From Eubacteriales bacterium (GTDB lineage Bacteria; Bacillota; Clostridia; Oscillospirales; CAG-272): a stretch of 64,000 bases of DNA. Where the stretch lies: assembly GCA_045588675.1 (NCBI GenBank), contig JAZNER010000046.1:44550-108549 (forward strand), read 5' to 3'. Position 1 is the first letter of the stretch; every line of letters starts with the position of its first letter. Shown piece by piece: positions 56,161-64,000 of this stretch. The position numbers and the translations under genes were made by a program. A model generated the notes under the pieces. It ran no database searches. It saw only the letters and a program-made list of their open reading frames with translations, and was not told the DNA's origin.

Positions 56161-57111
56161 ATGGCAACACCGAATATTCCCGTATATCTTTTTACGGGCT
56201 TTCTTGAAGGCGGTAAAACACATATAATTCAAGAATCCATGTGTGACGAAAGATTCAACACGGGTGAAAAAACCTTGATAATACTTTGCGAAGAGGGAAT
56301 AGAAGAGCTTGACATTTCAATGTTCAGCGGAAAGAATGTTTATCTTGCCAACATTGAAAACGAGAGCGACCTTACTCCCGAGATGCTTGACAATTGCCGT
56401 GCGGGACATAAAATTGACCGCGTAATCATTGAATACAACGGTATGTGGCAGTTGAGCTCACTTTATAATAATCTTCCTGAAGGTTGGTTTATATTCCAAA
56501 ATATGATGTTTGCGGACGCGAACACATTTATGACCTATAACCAAAATATGCGAAGCCTTATGTTTGATAAGCTTATGTCCTGCGAGATGATAGTTCTCAA
56601 CAGAACACCTGCTAACATCGACAAGGAAGAAATACACAAAATTGTACGCGGAGTTTCCCGCCGAGCAACAATCACCTATGATTATCCCGACGGTCACGTT
56701 GAATATGATGAGATTGAAGACCCTCTGCCTTTTGATATCAATGCGCCCGTTGTTAAGATTGAAGATGATGACTATGCGCTTTGGTACAGAGATTTAAGCG
56801 AAGAGATTGAAAAATACGACGGTAAAACTGTAAAATTCAAGGGTATCGTAGCACGCGATGTCAAGCTTGGAAAGGATGCACTCATTATTGGCAGACATGT
56901 GATGACCTGTTGTGTTGAGGATATAGCATACAATGGTCTTGTTTGTAAATTCAAATCATCAGTAGGATATAAGACTCGCGATTGGATTTATGTTGAGGGC
57001 AAGATAAAGATTGAGAAAAACAAGCTTTACGGACGGCCGGGCCCCGTGATTTATGCGGAAAGCTCTGCTTATACTGACAAGCCGGAGAAGGAAGTTGCTA
57101 CTTTTTATTAA
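56161..57111 (+). CDS. COG0523-like NTPase domain lacking CxCC, fused to a DUF1980/YcgQ (TIGR03943)-like C-terminal CC domain
   Basis: 316 aa. VYLFTGFLEGGKTHII (P-loop-like), LIILCEEGIEELD, VIIEYNGM and MIVLNRT follow the G3E layout, but no CxCC is present. The C-terminal DGKTVKFKGIVARD...IIGRHVMTCCVEDIAYNGLVCKF...WIYVEGKI matches my recollection of the DUF1980 C-terminal domain. Confidence 0.55.
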   Translation: MATPNIPVYLFTGFLEGGKTHIIQESMCDERFNTGEKTLIILCEEGIEELDISMFSGKNVYLANIENESDLTPEMLDNCRAGHKIDRVIIEYNGMWQLSSLYNNLPEGWFIFQNMMFADANTFMTYNQNMRSLMFDKLMSCEMIVLNRTPANIDKEEIHKIVRGVSRRATITYDYPDGHVEYDEIEDPLPFDINAPVVKIEDDDYALWYRDLSEEIEKYDGKTVKFKGIVARDVKLGKDALIIGRHVMTCCVEDIAYNGLVCKFKSSVGYKTRDWIYVEGKIKIEKNKLYGRPGPVIYAESSAYTDKPEKEVATFY

Positions 57112-57129
57112 TTAATAAGGGTATAAATT

Positions 57130-58284
57130 ATGACAGACAATCAAGCTTTAAAAATACCTCGGGCAAAAGAAGAAAGAAACATGGGAATTGAGCTTTTTCG
57201 CGTTTTTTCAATGGTTCTTGTGGTAATGCTTCATGTTCTCGGTCACGGCGGTGTTTATAGTCATACCGATTTTTTGAGCGATAATTACAAGGTTGCTTGG
57301 TTTTTAGAAACGCTTGCATACTGCTCGGTCAATTGCTACGCATTGATTTCGGGTTATGCTAATATTAAAGCTAACTTTAAATTCAGACGAATTGTGTACC
57401 TTTGGCTTGAGGTTGTTGTCCTGAATGTAGGATTAAGCGCGGTTATGCATTGGTTTGTCTCAACGGCTGAGGTAACCACAGATTATTGGCTTCGCGCCTT
57501 TTTTCCGTTAACTAAAAGGGCGTTTTGGTATTTTTGCGCGTATTTCTTTATGTTTCCTTTGATACCTGTTTTGAACAAGGGAATACAGTCGCTCAAAAAA
57601 TATCAGCATATAATTATTATCCTTATGCTTCAATTGCCAACAGTTTTCAGGATTATAGTTAAAAAAGACAATTATAGTCTTGGTAGCGGATATTCTGCAT
57701 ATTGGTTGATTTGTCTTTATGTAATAGGTGCATATTTCAGACTTTACGGAGCGCCAAAATGGGCAAAATGGTTTGTTACATTGCCGACATTTTTTATTGC
57801 CACCTTTGCCGCGTGGGGACATAAAATCGGAATTGAAACAAAATATGCAGAGGGACTTATAACAAAGGACAGTGAGCTTTACTCTAACAGAGGCTTGCTT
57901 ATTAGCTATATATCTCCATGTATGGTCATAATGGCAGTTTCTCTTATGCTCTTTTTTATGAATATAAAGATTAAGGGAAGAGTAAGTAAATCTATTGTGT
58001 CAAATCTGGGAAAAGCGACCTTTGGTGTATTTATTCTTCATGTAGGGGCGGCATTTTGGTTTTATAAGGACTTTTGGAAGCAGTTTAATGCATATGCCGA
58101 TTATCCTGCTCCTAAAATGGTCTTGTGTGTCATTGGAGCAACGCTTGCTATTTACCTTGTCGCATCTGTTATCTCTCTTGCGAGAATATATTTGTTCAAG
58201 CTTCTTAAAATACACAAGGCAGTTGATTATATTGCCGATTTTTCCCTTAAGAAAAATGAAAAATATAAACAGAAAAATAAATAA
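57130..58284 (+). CDS. acyltransferase family 3 membrane protein (O-acyltransferase)
   Basis: 384 aa with about 10 TM segments. N-terminal IELFRVFSMVLVVMLHVLGHGG is typical of Acyl_transf_3. The start could instead be the internal ATG at 57181. Confidence 0.7.
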   Translation: MTDNQALKIPRAKEERNMGIELFRVFSMVLVVMLHVLGHGGVYSHTDFLSDNYKVAWFLETLAYCSVNCYALISGYANIKANFKFRRIVYLWLEVVVLNVGLSAVMHWFVSTAEVTTDYWLRAFFPLTKRAFWYFCAYFFMFPLIPVLNKGIQSLKKYQHIIIILMLQLPTVFRIIVKKDNYSLGSGYSAYWLICLYVIGAYFRLYGAPKWAKWFVTLPTFFIATFAAWGHKIGIETKYAEGLITKDSELYSNRGLLISYISPCMVIMAVSLMLFFMNIKIKGRVSKSIVSNLGKATFGVFILHVGAAFWFYKDFWKQFNAYADYPAPKMVLCVIGATLAIYLVASVISLARIYLFKLLKIHKAVDYIADFSLKKNEKYKQKNK

Positions 58285-58288
58285 ACTT

Positions 58289-58322
58289 AACAACGGCGTT
58301 TTGATTAAACGCCGTTGTTTTC
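58289..58322 (+). terminator. rho-independent terminator
   Basis: AACAACGGCGTT-ttgatta-AACGCCGTTGTT, followed by TTC. Confidence 0.8.
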
Positions 58323-58442
58323 ATAATTCCCTAAAATGTTGTAACACAAGCTATTTTTCGACATAGAATGATATTGAAGAAAGCCTCCTAAGTTTAGGTC
58401 TGAGCTTTCTGACAAACACAAAACATATAGGGGGAAATATTT

Positions 58443-59270
58443 ATGCAAGATAACAGATTTTCGTGCGGCCCCGGCATAGGCAAGGAAACTGTTTGTATAG
58501 AAGCTAACAGGATACTTGACTCTTGCAGGGACCGTGACTGTTTTGAAAACGTAAAGGTGTTCTTGACTGACTTAGGAAAGGAAATAATTGAACACACAAG
58601 TGCTGTCAGAGTTAAAAACGCTTGTATTGCACAAACGCAAATTAGCCTTGACCCTGTACAGTTTAATCGCGGATTTTATTCTGTAAACATCAGATTTTAT
58701 GTAAAGCTTACCTTTGAGGCTTGTATCGGCAACGGCCGTTCACAAGAATTTGAAGGTATAGCAGTTCTTGATAAGAGAGTAATTCTTTACGGCGGCGAGT
58801 GCAATGTAAATATCTTCCGCAGCAACGGAGATTTTGCTGATTTCTGTTCTCGTATAGAGCCTTGCTGCAAGGAAAAGAATGTTCCTACTGCTGTTGTAGA
58901 GGTTGTTGAGCCTATAGTTCTCGGTGTAAATATCTTAGAGAATGCAAACGACAATTGTTGCTGCTGTTGCTGCTGTCACGATATTCCTGAAACGATTGCT
59001 AACACCTTGCACGGCAATCTTTACTACGATGATGACGATAACGGCAGATACTTGGCTGTTTCTCTCGGAATTTTCTCGGTAATAAGAATTATTCGTCCGG
59101 GTCAATATTTAGTAAATGCAACTGAGTATATCATTCCCGACAAGGAGTGCCTGTCGCCCTCTAATGACGACCCCTGCAGCGTATTTCGCTCAATGGCGTT
59201 TCCGACATCTGAATTCGGATGTGCAGTACCCTTACACGAAAAGAATACAGGCGGTAAATGCGGCTGCTAA
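58443..59270 (+). CDS. uncharacterised cysteine-rich protein (24 Cys, including a C7 run); possible spore coat or exosporium component
   Basis: ATG follows AGGGGG. 275 aa. N-terminal SCGPGIGKETVCIEANRILDSCRDRDCF. Internal NDNCCCCCCCHD at 58956-58976. C-terminal GGKCGC. No signal peptide or TM segment. Confidence 0.6.
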   Translation: MQDNRFSCGPGIGKETVCIEANRILDSCRDRDCFENVKVFLTDLGKEIIEHTSAVRVKNACIAQTQISLDPVQFNRGFYSVNIRFYVKLTFEACIGNGRSQEFEGIAVLDKRVILYGGECNVNIFRSNGDFADFCSRIEPCCKEKNVPTAVVEVVEPIVLGVNILENANDNCCCCCCCHDIPETIANTLHGNLYYDDDDNGRYLAVSLGIFSVIRIIRPGQYLVNATEYIIPDKECLSPSNDDPCSVFRSMAFPTSEFGCAVPLHEKNTGGKCGC

Positions 59271-59284
59271 TCCTTATAAAGAAT

Positions 59285-59328
59285 AAAAAACAGCTTTTTG
59301 CATCATTGATGCAAAAAGCTGTTTTTTT
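59285..59328. terminator. bidirectional rho-independent terminator
   Basis: AAAAAACAGCTTTTTGCATC-att-GATGCAAAAAGCTGTTTTTTT, a 14-bp perfect stem with A/T runs on both sides. Confidence 0.9.
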
Positions 59329-59338
59329 ATGTTAATAA

Positions 59339-60085
59339 TTAATTTTGGAATTCGTCTGTAACCTTCGCGATAACCTCAGGACCTGTAGATGGTACAGGGA
59401 AGCCGATATCAGCAGGCTTAGCCCACTCGATAGCATTCTTAATAATGCGCTGAACATAAGGATTATAGTAAGAAGGACAGCTTTCGTGACCGGGCTGGAA
59501 GTAGAATACCTTTCCAAGTCCGCGCAAGAAGCAGCAACCGCTTCTGAAAATATGACCGTCTTCAAACCAACCGCCGAAAACAAGCGCGTCGGGCTGAGGA
59601 ATATAGAAGGGCTCAGAATAAAGCTCCTCGTCTTCAATGATAAAGTGCTCAGGAATTCCTGCGGCAATAGGGTGAGAGGGCATCATGTTCCAGATAACTT
59701 CCTTTTGGTTGCGTCCCCAAGAAAGATTTGCTGTTGCGCCAATAATTTGCTTAAATGGCTTTGACCAGTGACCTGAGTGGAGAACTACCATTCCCATTTT
59801 GCCATCGTAAACTCTTCTGCGGATTTTTTCAACAAGGTTGTCATCAACCTCACGGTGAGCCAAATGGCCCCACCACAAAAGCACATCAGTTTTGTTTAAA
59901 AGCTCATCGGGCAAGCCCTGCTGAGGGTCGTCAAGAGCTGCTAATGTGATGTCAAGATTTTCATCAACGGAAAGGAAATCTTTAATATAGGCATGAATTC
60001 CATCAGGGTACCATCTTTTGCACTCTTCTTCAGTTCTTTCGTGTCTGTATTCGTTCCAGATAACGACATTTAACTTTTTAGACAT
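59339..60085 (-). CDS. ThuA domain protein (trehalose utilisation-like, class I glutamine amidotransferase-like fold)
   Basis: 248 aa. LNVVIWNEYRHE...RWYPDGIHAYI matches the typical ThuA N-terminus. Confidence 0.8.
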   Translation of the reverse strand: MSKKLNVVIWNEYRHERTEEECKRWYPDGIHAYIKDFLSVDENLDITLAALDDPQQGLPDELLNKTDVLLWWGHLAHREVDDNLVEKIRRRVYDGKMGMVVLHSGHWSKPFKQIIGATANLSWGRNQKEVIWNMMPSHPIAAGIPEHFIIEDEELYSEPFYIPQPDALVFGGWFEDGHIFRSGCCFLRGLGKVFYFQPGHESCPSYYNPYVQRIIKNAIEWAKPADIGFPVPSTGPEVIAKVTDEFQN

Positions 60086-60212
60086 TTTACAAATCCTCCT
60101 TGTAAATTAATATAGTCTATAAATTTATTATACAATAATTAATTAATCAAATCAAGACATATTTGTTAATTTTTAATAATTATTTAAGACAAATATTGCT
60201 ATTTTGTATTAT

Positions 60213-60956
60213 TTATGAGCCGACAAATTCACGGTATCTGAGGGGGGAATATCCTGTGCGTTTTTTAAAGATTCGGGAAAAGTAATTTGCGTCATCAAAG
60301 CCGACGGCACCGGCTATTCTTGAGCAAGACATTGAGCTTTCGGCAAGAAGTCTTTTGGCTTCTTCAATTCGCAAATCAATAAGGTATTGAATGATAGATT
60401 TACCCATATGCTTTCGAAATTCGCTCTCGCAATATGCGGCAGAAAAATAAGTCAGTTCGCTAATTTCCTGCAAGGTGATTTTTTCTCTGTAATGGTAGGC
60501 AAGATAAGAGGAGATAAGAGTGGACAGAGAAGAGTTTGATTTTTCAGCCAAATTGTCTGAAATTTGCATAATCAATGCCGATAAGACCATAGAAAGCTTC
60601 TGCCGGTGTATTTGCGGAGTTGGCTTAGAATATATACTGTCAAAGTAGTTTATTAAAATTTTCAACTCGTTATTTATGCATCCGCGAGAGAGTATTTCAA
60701 GCGGTAAATTTTCGTCAGAGTGAAAGTTTATACTGACATAGTCATTGGTACCTGCTGACATTTCGCGCCGTCTGATGCTGCCTGAGGAAATATATATTAT
60801 ATCTCCGCTTGTCATAATATATTTTTCGTCGTTGACATAGTATGTCATCTCGCCGCTTAACAAAATTGTTAATTCGTGAAACTTGATGATGTGACGCTCG
60901 ATTTTACTTTGACTGTTGAACTTGTTGTGTGTGTAGTAGGTAATTGCTTCTATCAT
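60213..60956 (-). CDS. AraC family transcriptional regulator (cupin sensor + HTH)
   Basis: 247 aa. The C-terminal dual HTH includes SCSRIAGAVGFDDANYFSRIFKKRTGYSPLRYR. Confidence 0.85.
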   Translation of the reverse strand: MIEAITYYTHNKFNSQSKIERHIIKFHELTILLSGEMTYYVNDEKYIMTSGDIIYISSGSIRRREMSAGTNDYVSINFHSDENLPLEILSRGCINNELKILINYFDSIYSKPTPQIHRQKLSMVLSALIMQISDNLAEKSNSSLSTLISSYLAYHYREKITLQEISELTYFSAAYCESEFRKHMGKSIIQYLIDLRIEEAKRLLAESSMSCSRIAGAVGFDDANYFSRIFKKRTGYSPLRYREFVGS

Positions 60957-61019
60957 ATTAAAGACTCTCCCTTAGTATAATATTGTGCTAAAAACAGGGC
61001 ATTTATTATAGATTGTCCA

Positions 61020-61047
61020 TTGAAAAAACATCAAAAAATGCTATAAT
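61020..61047 (+). promoter_or_regulatory. sigma-A-type promoter (extended -10) for uxuA
   Basis: TTGAAA (61020-61025), 16-nt spacer, TGcTATAAT (-10 at 61042-61047). Confidence 0.5.
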
Positions 61048-61100
61048 TATTATATCACGGCAATTATAATTTGTCAACACTCATAGGAGGTAATTTTTAT

Positions 61101-62141
61101 ATGAAAATGACTTTTCGCTGGTATGGTGAAAACGACCCCGTAACATTGCAAAAAATACAGCAAATTCCAACTATGACGGGAATTGTATCTGCTATTTACA
61201 ATGTGCCTGTCGGTGAGGTTTGGCCCGAAGACAGAATTGCATCTATTAAGGCTCAGGCAAATCAGCACAATCTTGAATTTGAGGTTGTTGAAAGCGTGCC
61301 CGTTCACGAGGAAATCAAGCTTGGCGGAAAAGACGCCAATCGCTTAATTGATAACTATTGTGAGAACATTCGCCGTCTTGGTAAAGCGGGTGTTAAGTGT
61401 ATTTGCTATAACTTTATGCCTGTTTTTGACTGGCTTCGCAGTGAGCTTGAAAGGCCTGCAATTGACGGCTCAAACAGCTTAGCGTATGATGAGAAAACGG
61501 TTCTTTCAATGAATCCTCTCAAAGAGGGACTTTCTTTGCCAGGCTGGGATGAAAGCTATTCTAAGGACGAGCTTGTAGGACTTCTTAAAAGATATGAGAA
61601 TGTTGACGAGAAGAAGCTTTTTGATAACCTGAGAACCTTCCTCGAAGCAATTATTCCCGTAGCTCACGAAAGCGGAGTAAATATGGCAATTCATCCGGAT
61701 GACCCGCCGTGGGGAATTTTTGGGCTTCCCAGAATTATTACCGGTGAGAAAACTATCTCGGAGTTTTTAAAGATTGTTGATATGCCTGAGAACGGCTTGA
61801 CCTTCTGCACGGGCTCTCTCGGCGCCAATCCCGAAAATGACCTTATTGGTATGGCTGAGAAATTTGCAGATAGAATTCATTTTGCTCACATCAGAAATGT
61901 TCAATATACAGGTGAGAGAAAGTTCCATGAGGTTGCTCATCCTACCGATTGCGGCTCTCTCGATATTTACGGAATAGTAAAAGCTTTACACGACAATGGA
62001 TTTAAGGGTTATATGCGTCCTGACCACGGAAGAATGATTTGGGGTGAGATGGGAAGATACGGATATGGCCTTTACGACCGTGCACTCGGTGCCGTTTATC
62101 TTTCGGGACTTTGGGAAGCCATTGAAAAGCAAAGCAAATAA
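61101..62141 (+). CDS. uxuA: mannonate dehydratase
   Basis: ATG at 61101 follows [28 protein letters not shown] is the characteristic UxuA N-terminus. 346 aa. Confidence 0.9.
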   Translation: MKMTFRWYGENDPVTLQKIQQIPTMTGIVSAIYNVPVGEVWPEDRIASIKAQANQHNLEFEVVESVPVHEEIKLGGKDANRLIDNYCENIRRLGKAGVKCICYNFMPVFDWLRSELERPAIDGSNSLAYDEKTVLSMNPLKEGLSLPGWDESYSKDELVGLLKRYENVDEKKLFDNLRTFLEAIIPVAHESGVNMAIHPDDPPWGIFGLPRIITGEKTISEFLKIVDMPENGLTFCTGSLGANPENDLIGMAEKFADRIHFAHIRNVQYTGERKFHEVAHPTDCGSLDIYGIVKALHDNGFKGYMRPDHGRMIWGEMGRYGYGLYDRALGAVYLSGLWEAIEKQSK

Positions 62142-62162
62142 TTAAAGGAAAAGGTGTTTAAT

Positions 62163-62987
62163 ATGAATAAGGTATGTGTTGTAACAGGCGCAGGCGGCAT
62201 TCTTTGCGCTGAATTTGCAAAGGAAATGTCAAAGAACGGGTATGCCGTTGCTTTGCTTGATATAAATGAAGAAGCGGCAAAAATCGTTGCCGACGAAATT
62301 TGCGCTTGCGGTGGACTTGCAAAGGCTTATAAGACTAATGTTCTTGATAAGGCTTGTATTGAAGATGTACACCAAAAGGTTCTTGCAGAGCTTGGTAAAT
62401 GCTCGGTTTTAATAAACGGAGCGGGTGGAAATAGCCCCAAGGCTACAACTGCACACGAGTATTTTGAAAAGGGCGATGAAAATCGTGACGATATTCTCAC
62501 ATTCTTCAATCTTGATAAAGCAGGATTTGATTTTGTATTTGACCTTAATATCAAGGGAGTTCTTCTTCCTACACAGGTTTTTGCCGCAGATATGATAGGC
62601 GAAGAGGGCTGTTCTATTATAAATATTTCTTCAATGAATGCCTATACACCTTTGACAAAAATACCTGCTTATAGCTCCGCAAAGGCGGCAGTTTCTAACT
62701 TTACACAGTGGCTGGCAGTTCATTTTGCAAAAGAGGGAATCAGAGTAAATGCAATTGCTCCGGGATTTTTCTCAACAAATCAAAACAAGGCATTGCTTTG
62801 GAATGAGGACGGAACACCAACAGCAAGAACAAACAAAATTCTGAGTGCTACACCTATGGGTCGCTTTGGAGAACCGGAGGAGCTGCTTGGCGTGTTAAAA
62901 TTCCTCGCAGACCCAACAGCCTCATCGTTTGTAACCGGGACGGTCATTCCTGTTGACGGTGGATTTTCTGCATACTCAGGTGTATAA
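62163..62987 (+). CDS. SDR family oxidoreductase, probable mannonate/fructuronate oxidoreductase (short-chain UxuB type)
   Basis: TGAGGILC cofactor motif, NGAGG, and catalytic YSSAK. The position directly downstream of uxuA suggests the role. ATG at 62163 is preferred over GTG at 62154. Confidence 0.65.
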   Translation: MNKVCVVTGAGGILCAEFAKEMSKNGYAVALLDINEEAAKIVADEICACGGLAKAYKTNVLDKACIEDVHQKVLAELGKCSVLINGAGGNSPKATTAHEYFEKGDENRDDILTFFNLDKAGFDFVFDLNIKGVLLPTQVFAADMIGEEGCSIINISSMNAYTPLTKIPAYSSAKAAVSNFTQWLAVHFAKEGIRVNAIAPGFFSTNQNKALLWNEDGTPTARTNKILSATPMGRFGEPEELLGVLKFLADPTASSFVTGTVIPVDGGFSAYSGV

Positions 62988-63028
62988 AATATAATTATAT
63001 TATTCTAAATTTTTCATAAGCAAAGTTT

Positions 63029-63057
63029 CACCCACTCCTGCAGGAGTGGGTGTTTTT
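63029..63057 (+). terminator. rho-independent terminator
   Basis: CACCCACTCCTG/CAGGAGTGGGTG is a perfect 12-bp palindrome, followed by TTTTT. Confidence 0.85.
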
Positions 63058-63178
63058 AGTAGATATTACTTTAGAAGGGTAGAATGAAATTGTTCCTATT
63101 TTGCCAAAAACAATTAATAGACTATTAAATCCGCACAAAAACGGGACGGATTTTTTGAAGTGAAATTATAATTAAATA

Positions 63179-63207
63179 TTGATTTGTTAAACAAATTATG
63201 CTATAAT
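63179..63207 (+). promoter_or_regulatory. orphan sigma-A-type promoter (extended -10) with no annotated downstream gene
   Basis: TTGATT (63179-63184), 17-nt spacer, TGcTATAAT (-10 at 63202-63207). It points toward the 3' end of convergent spoIIID. Confidence 0.4.
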
Positions 63208-63419
63208 AACTATTAATGGAATAATATTGGTTGCCGTAAAATGCGCGGCTTTAAAATGAATTCTCAAATTTAAATAAAAGAGAGAACAACTTTGAGCGAT
63301 ACACATAATTATACAAAATCAAAATTTTGTATAATTCGGGATGTGGGAAATTGGCTGTTTGAAGGGTTTATTGCCATTTAGGCATAAATTATCTCTAGAT
63401 AACCCTTTATGAGTTGTGA

Positions 63420-63683
63420 TTAATTATCTTCTTCGTTATGATATTTTTTTCTTGTGGCTTCGCCTCCGCGCAAATGTCTTTCCTGCTTGTTTTTTTCAAG
63501 AACGCTTTTTACATCGAGATACAATGATTTGTTTATACTTTTTAGTGTTTGTGTAACATCTTTATGTACTGTGCTTTTGCTTATTCCAAATCTTGATGCT
63601 GTTGCGCGTACGGTTGTGTTATTCTCAACTATGTATAACCCTAATATTACGCACCGCTCCTTACCGGATGATAAATACATCAT
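63420..63683 (-). CDS. spoIIID: sporulation transcriptional regulator SpoIIID
   Basis: 87 aa. LGLYIVENNTTVRATASRFGISKSTVHKDVT...ERHLRGGEATRKKY closely parallels B. subtilis SpoIIID (GKYIVETKKTVRVIAKEFGVSKSTVHKDLT...RHLRGGEATKLKY). Confidence 0.9.
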   Translation of the reverse strand: MMYLSSGKERCVILGLYIVENNTTVRATASRFGISKSTVHKDVTQTLKSINKSLYLDVKSVLEKNKQERHLRGGEATRKKYHNEEDN

Positions 63684-63724
63684 TGTCGTTACCTCTTTAC
63701 AATATTATTAAAAAGTGCTATAAT

Positions 63725-63751
63725 AATGTATATGTCAGCTTTTAACAATAT
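63725..63751 (-). promoter_or_regulatory. sigma-E-like (mother-cell) promoter for spoIIID
   Basis: On the minus strand: ATATT (63751..63747), 14-nt spacer, TATACATT (63732..63725), compared with the B. subtilis sigma-E consensus kmATATT / CATACAhT. spoIIID is sigma-E dependent in B. subtilis. Confidence 0.4.
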
Positions 63752-63786
63752 ATTAGTAAAATTTATTCTACTTGCGGAGTTTATTT

Positions 63787-64000
63787 ATGTCTGATTATAA
63801 TTGTCCCGATAATTTTGATGTTTTTGAAGGTATGACCTCGATTTCTGCCTTGATTAAGTCAATAAATGAGCTTAGTAGTAGCCGCAGAATTATTAAGGTT
63901 CTTTATGATAAATCACGAGCTAAGCAAAAGGAGCGAGAGTTAAATTTCTTGCTTTACACATCAAAAATGCTTGATTTTCCCTTAGTTCCTGTCAATTCTG
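63787..64000 (+). CDS. hypothetical protein, 5' fragment (possibly the N-terminal substrate-binding domain of a SpoU/TrmH-type RNA methyltransferase)
   Basis: Open frame from ATG at 63787 to the window end: MSDYNCPDNFDVFEGMTSISALIKSINELSSSRRIIKVLYDKSRAKQKE.... The product guess rests only on a weak pattern resemblance. Confidence 0.35.
   Translation, partial: MSDYNCPDNFDVFEGMTSISALIKSINELSSSRRIIKVLYDKSRAKQKERELNFLLYTSKMLDFPLVPVNS

Noticed and set aside
1-64000. Mobile elements, prophage remnants, tRNA/rRNA genes or CRISPR arrays anywhere in the window
   Set aside because: I recognised no transposase, integrase or recombinase motifs, no long terminal inverted or direct repeats, no tRNA-like T-arm sequences, and no spaced repeat arrays in either strand.

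Overview
This looks like a densely packed core chromosomal segment, about 40% GC by eye, from an endospore-forming Firmicute of class Clostridia. The taxonomic markers are PolC plus DnaE, SpoIIID, WhiA, a T-box leader on thrS, and the Gram-positive pyrH-frr-uppS-cdsA-dxr-rseP-ispG-polC cluster. I call 55 protein-coding genes (two are cut by the window edges), one T-box riboswitch, several consensus sigma-A-like promoters, a sigma-E-like promoter for spoIIID, and about 18 rho-independent terminators. Functions are mostly housekeeping: replication (dnaE, polC, a GyrA/ParC-family subunit), translation (prfA, frr, thrS, tsaC, rsuA), the MEP isoprenoid pathway (ispE, dxr, ispG), envelope (murB, class A PBP, uppS, cdsA, SLT), chaperone (htpG) and hexuronate catabolism (uxaC, uxuA, uxuB-like). 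I saw no rRNA, tRNA, CRISPR array, transposase, integrase or phage genes, and no recognisable defence island. I do not see a convincing new multi-gene system. The best candidates for follow-up are: (1) a tandem COG0523 metallochaperone pair, where the first gene carries five near-identical 39-bp repeats encoding HEHHHDGECCHHD and the second is a CxCC-less paralog fused to a DUF1980/YcgQ-like CC domain; (2) a 275-aa cysteine-rich protein with a run of seven Cys codons, possibly a spore coat or exosporium protein; (3) a degenerate prephenate-dehydratase/ACT-like protein tightly coupled to htpG; (4) an HTH+TPR (RRNPP-like) regulator followed by a secreted (TE/TK)-repeat lipoprotein; (5) an orphan consensus promoter facing the 3' end of spoIIID. 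All product calls come from motif recognition by eye on the supplied translations. No database search was run.
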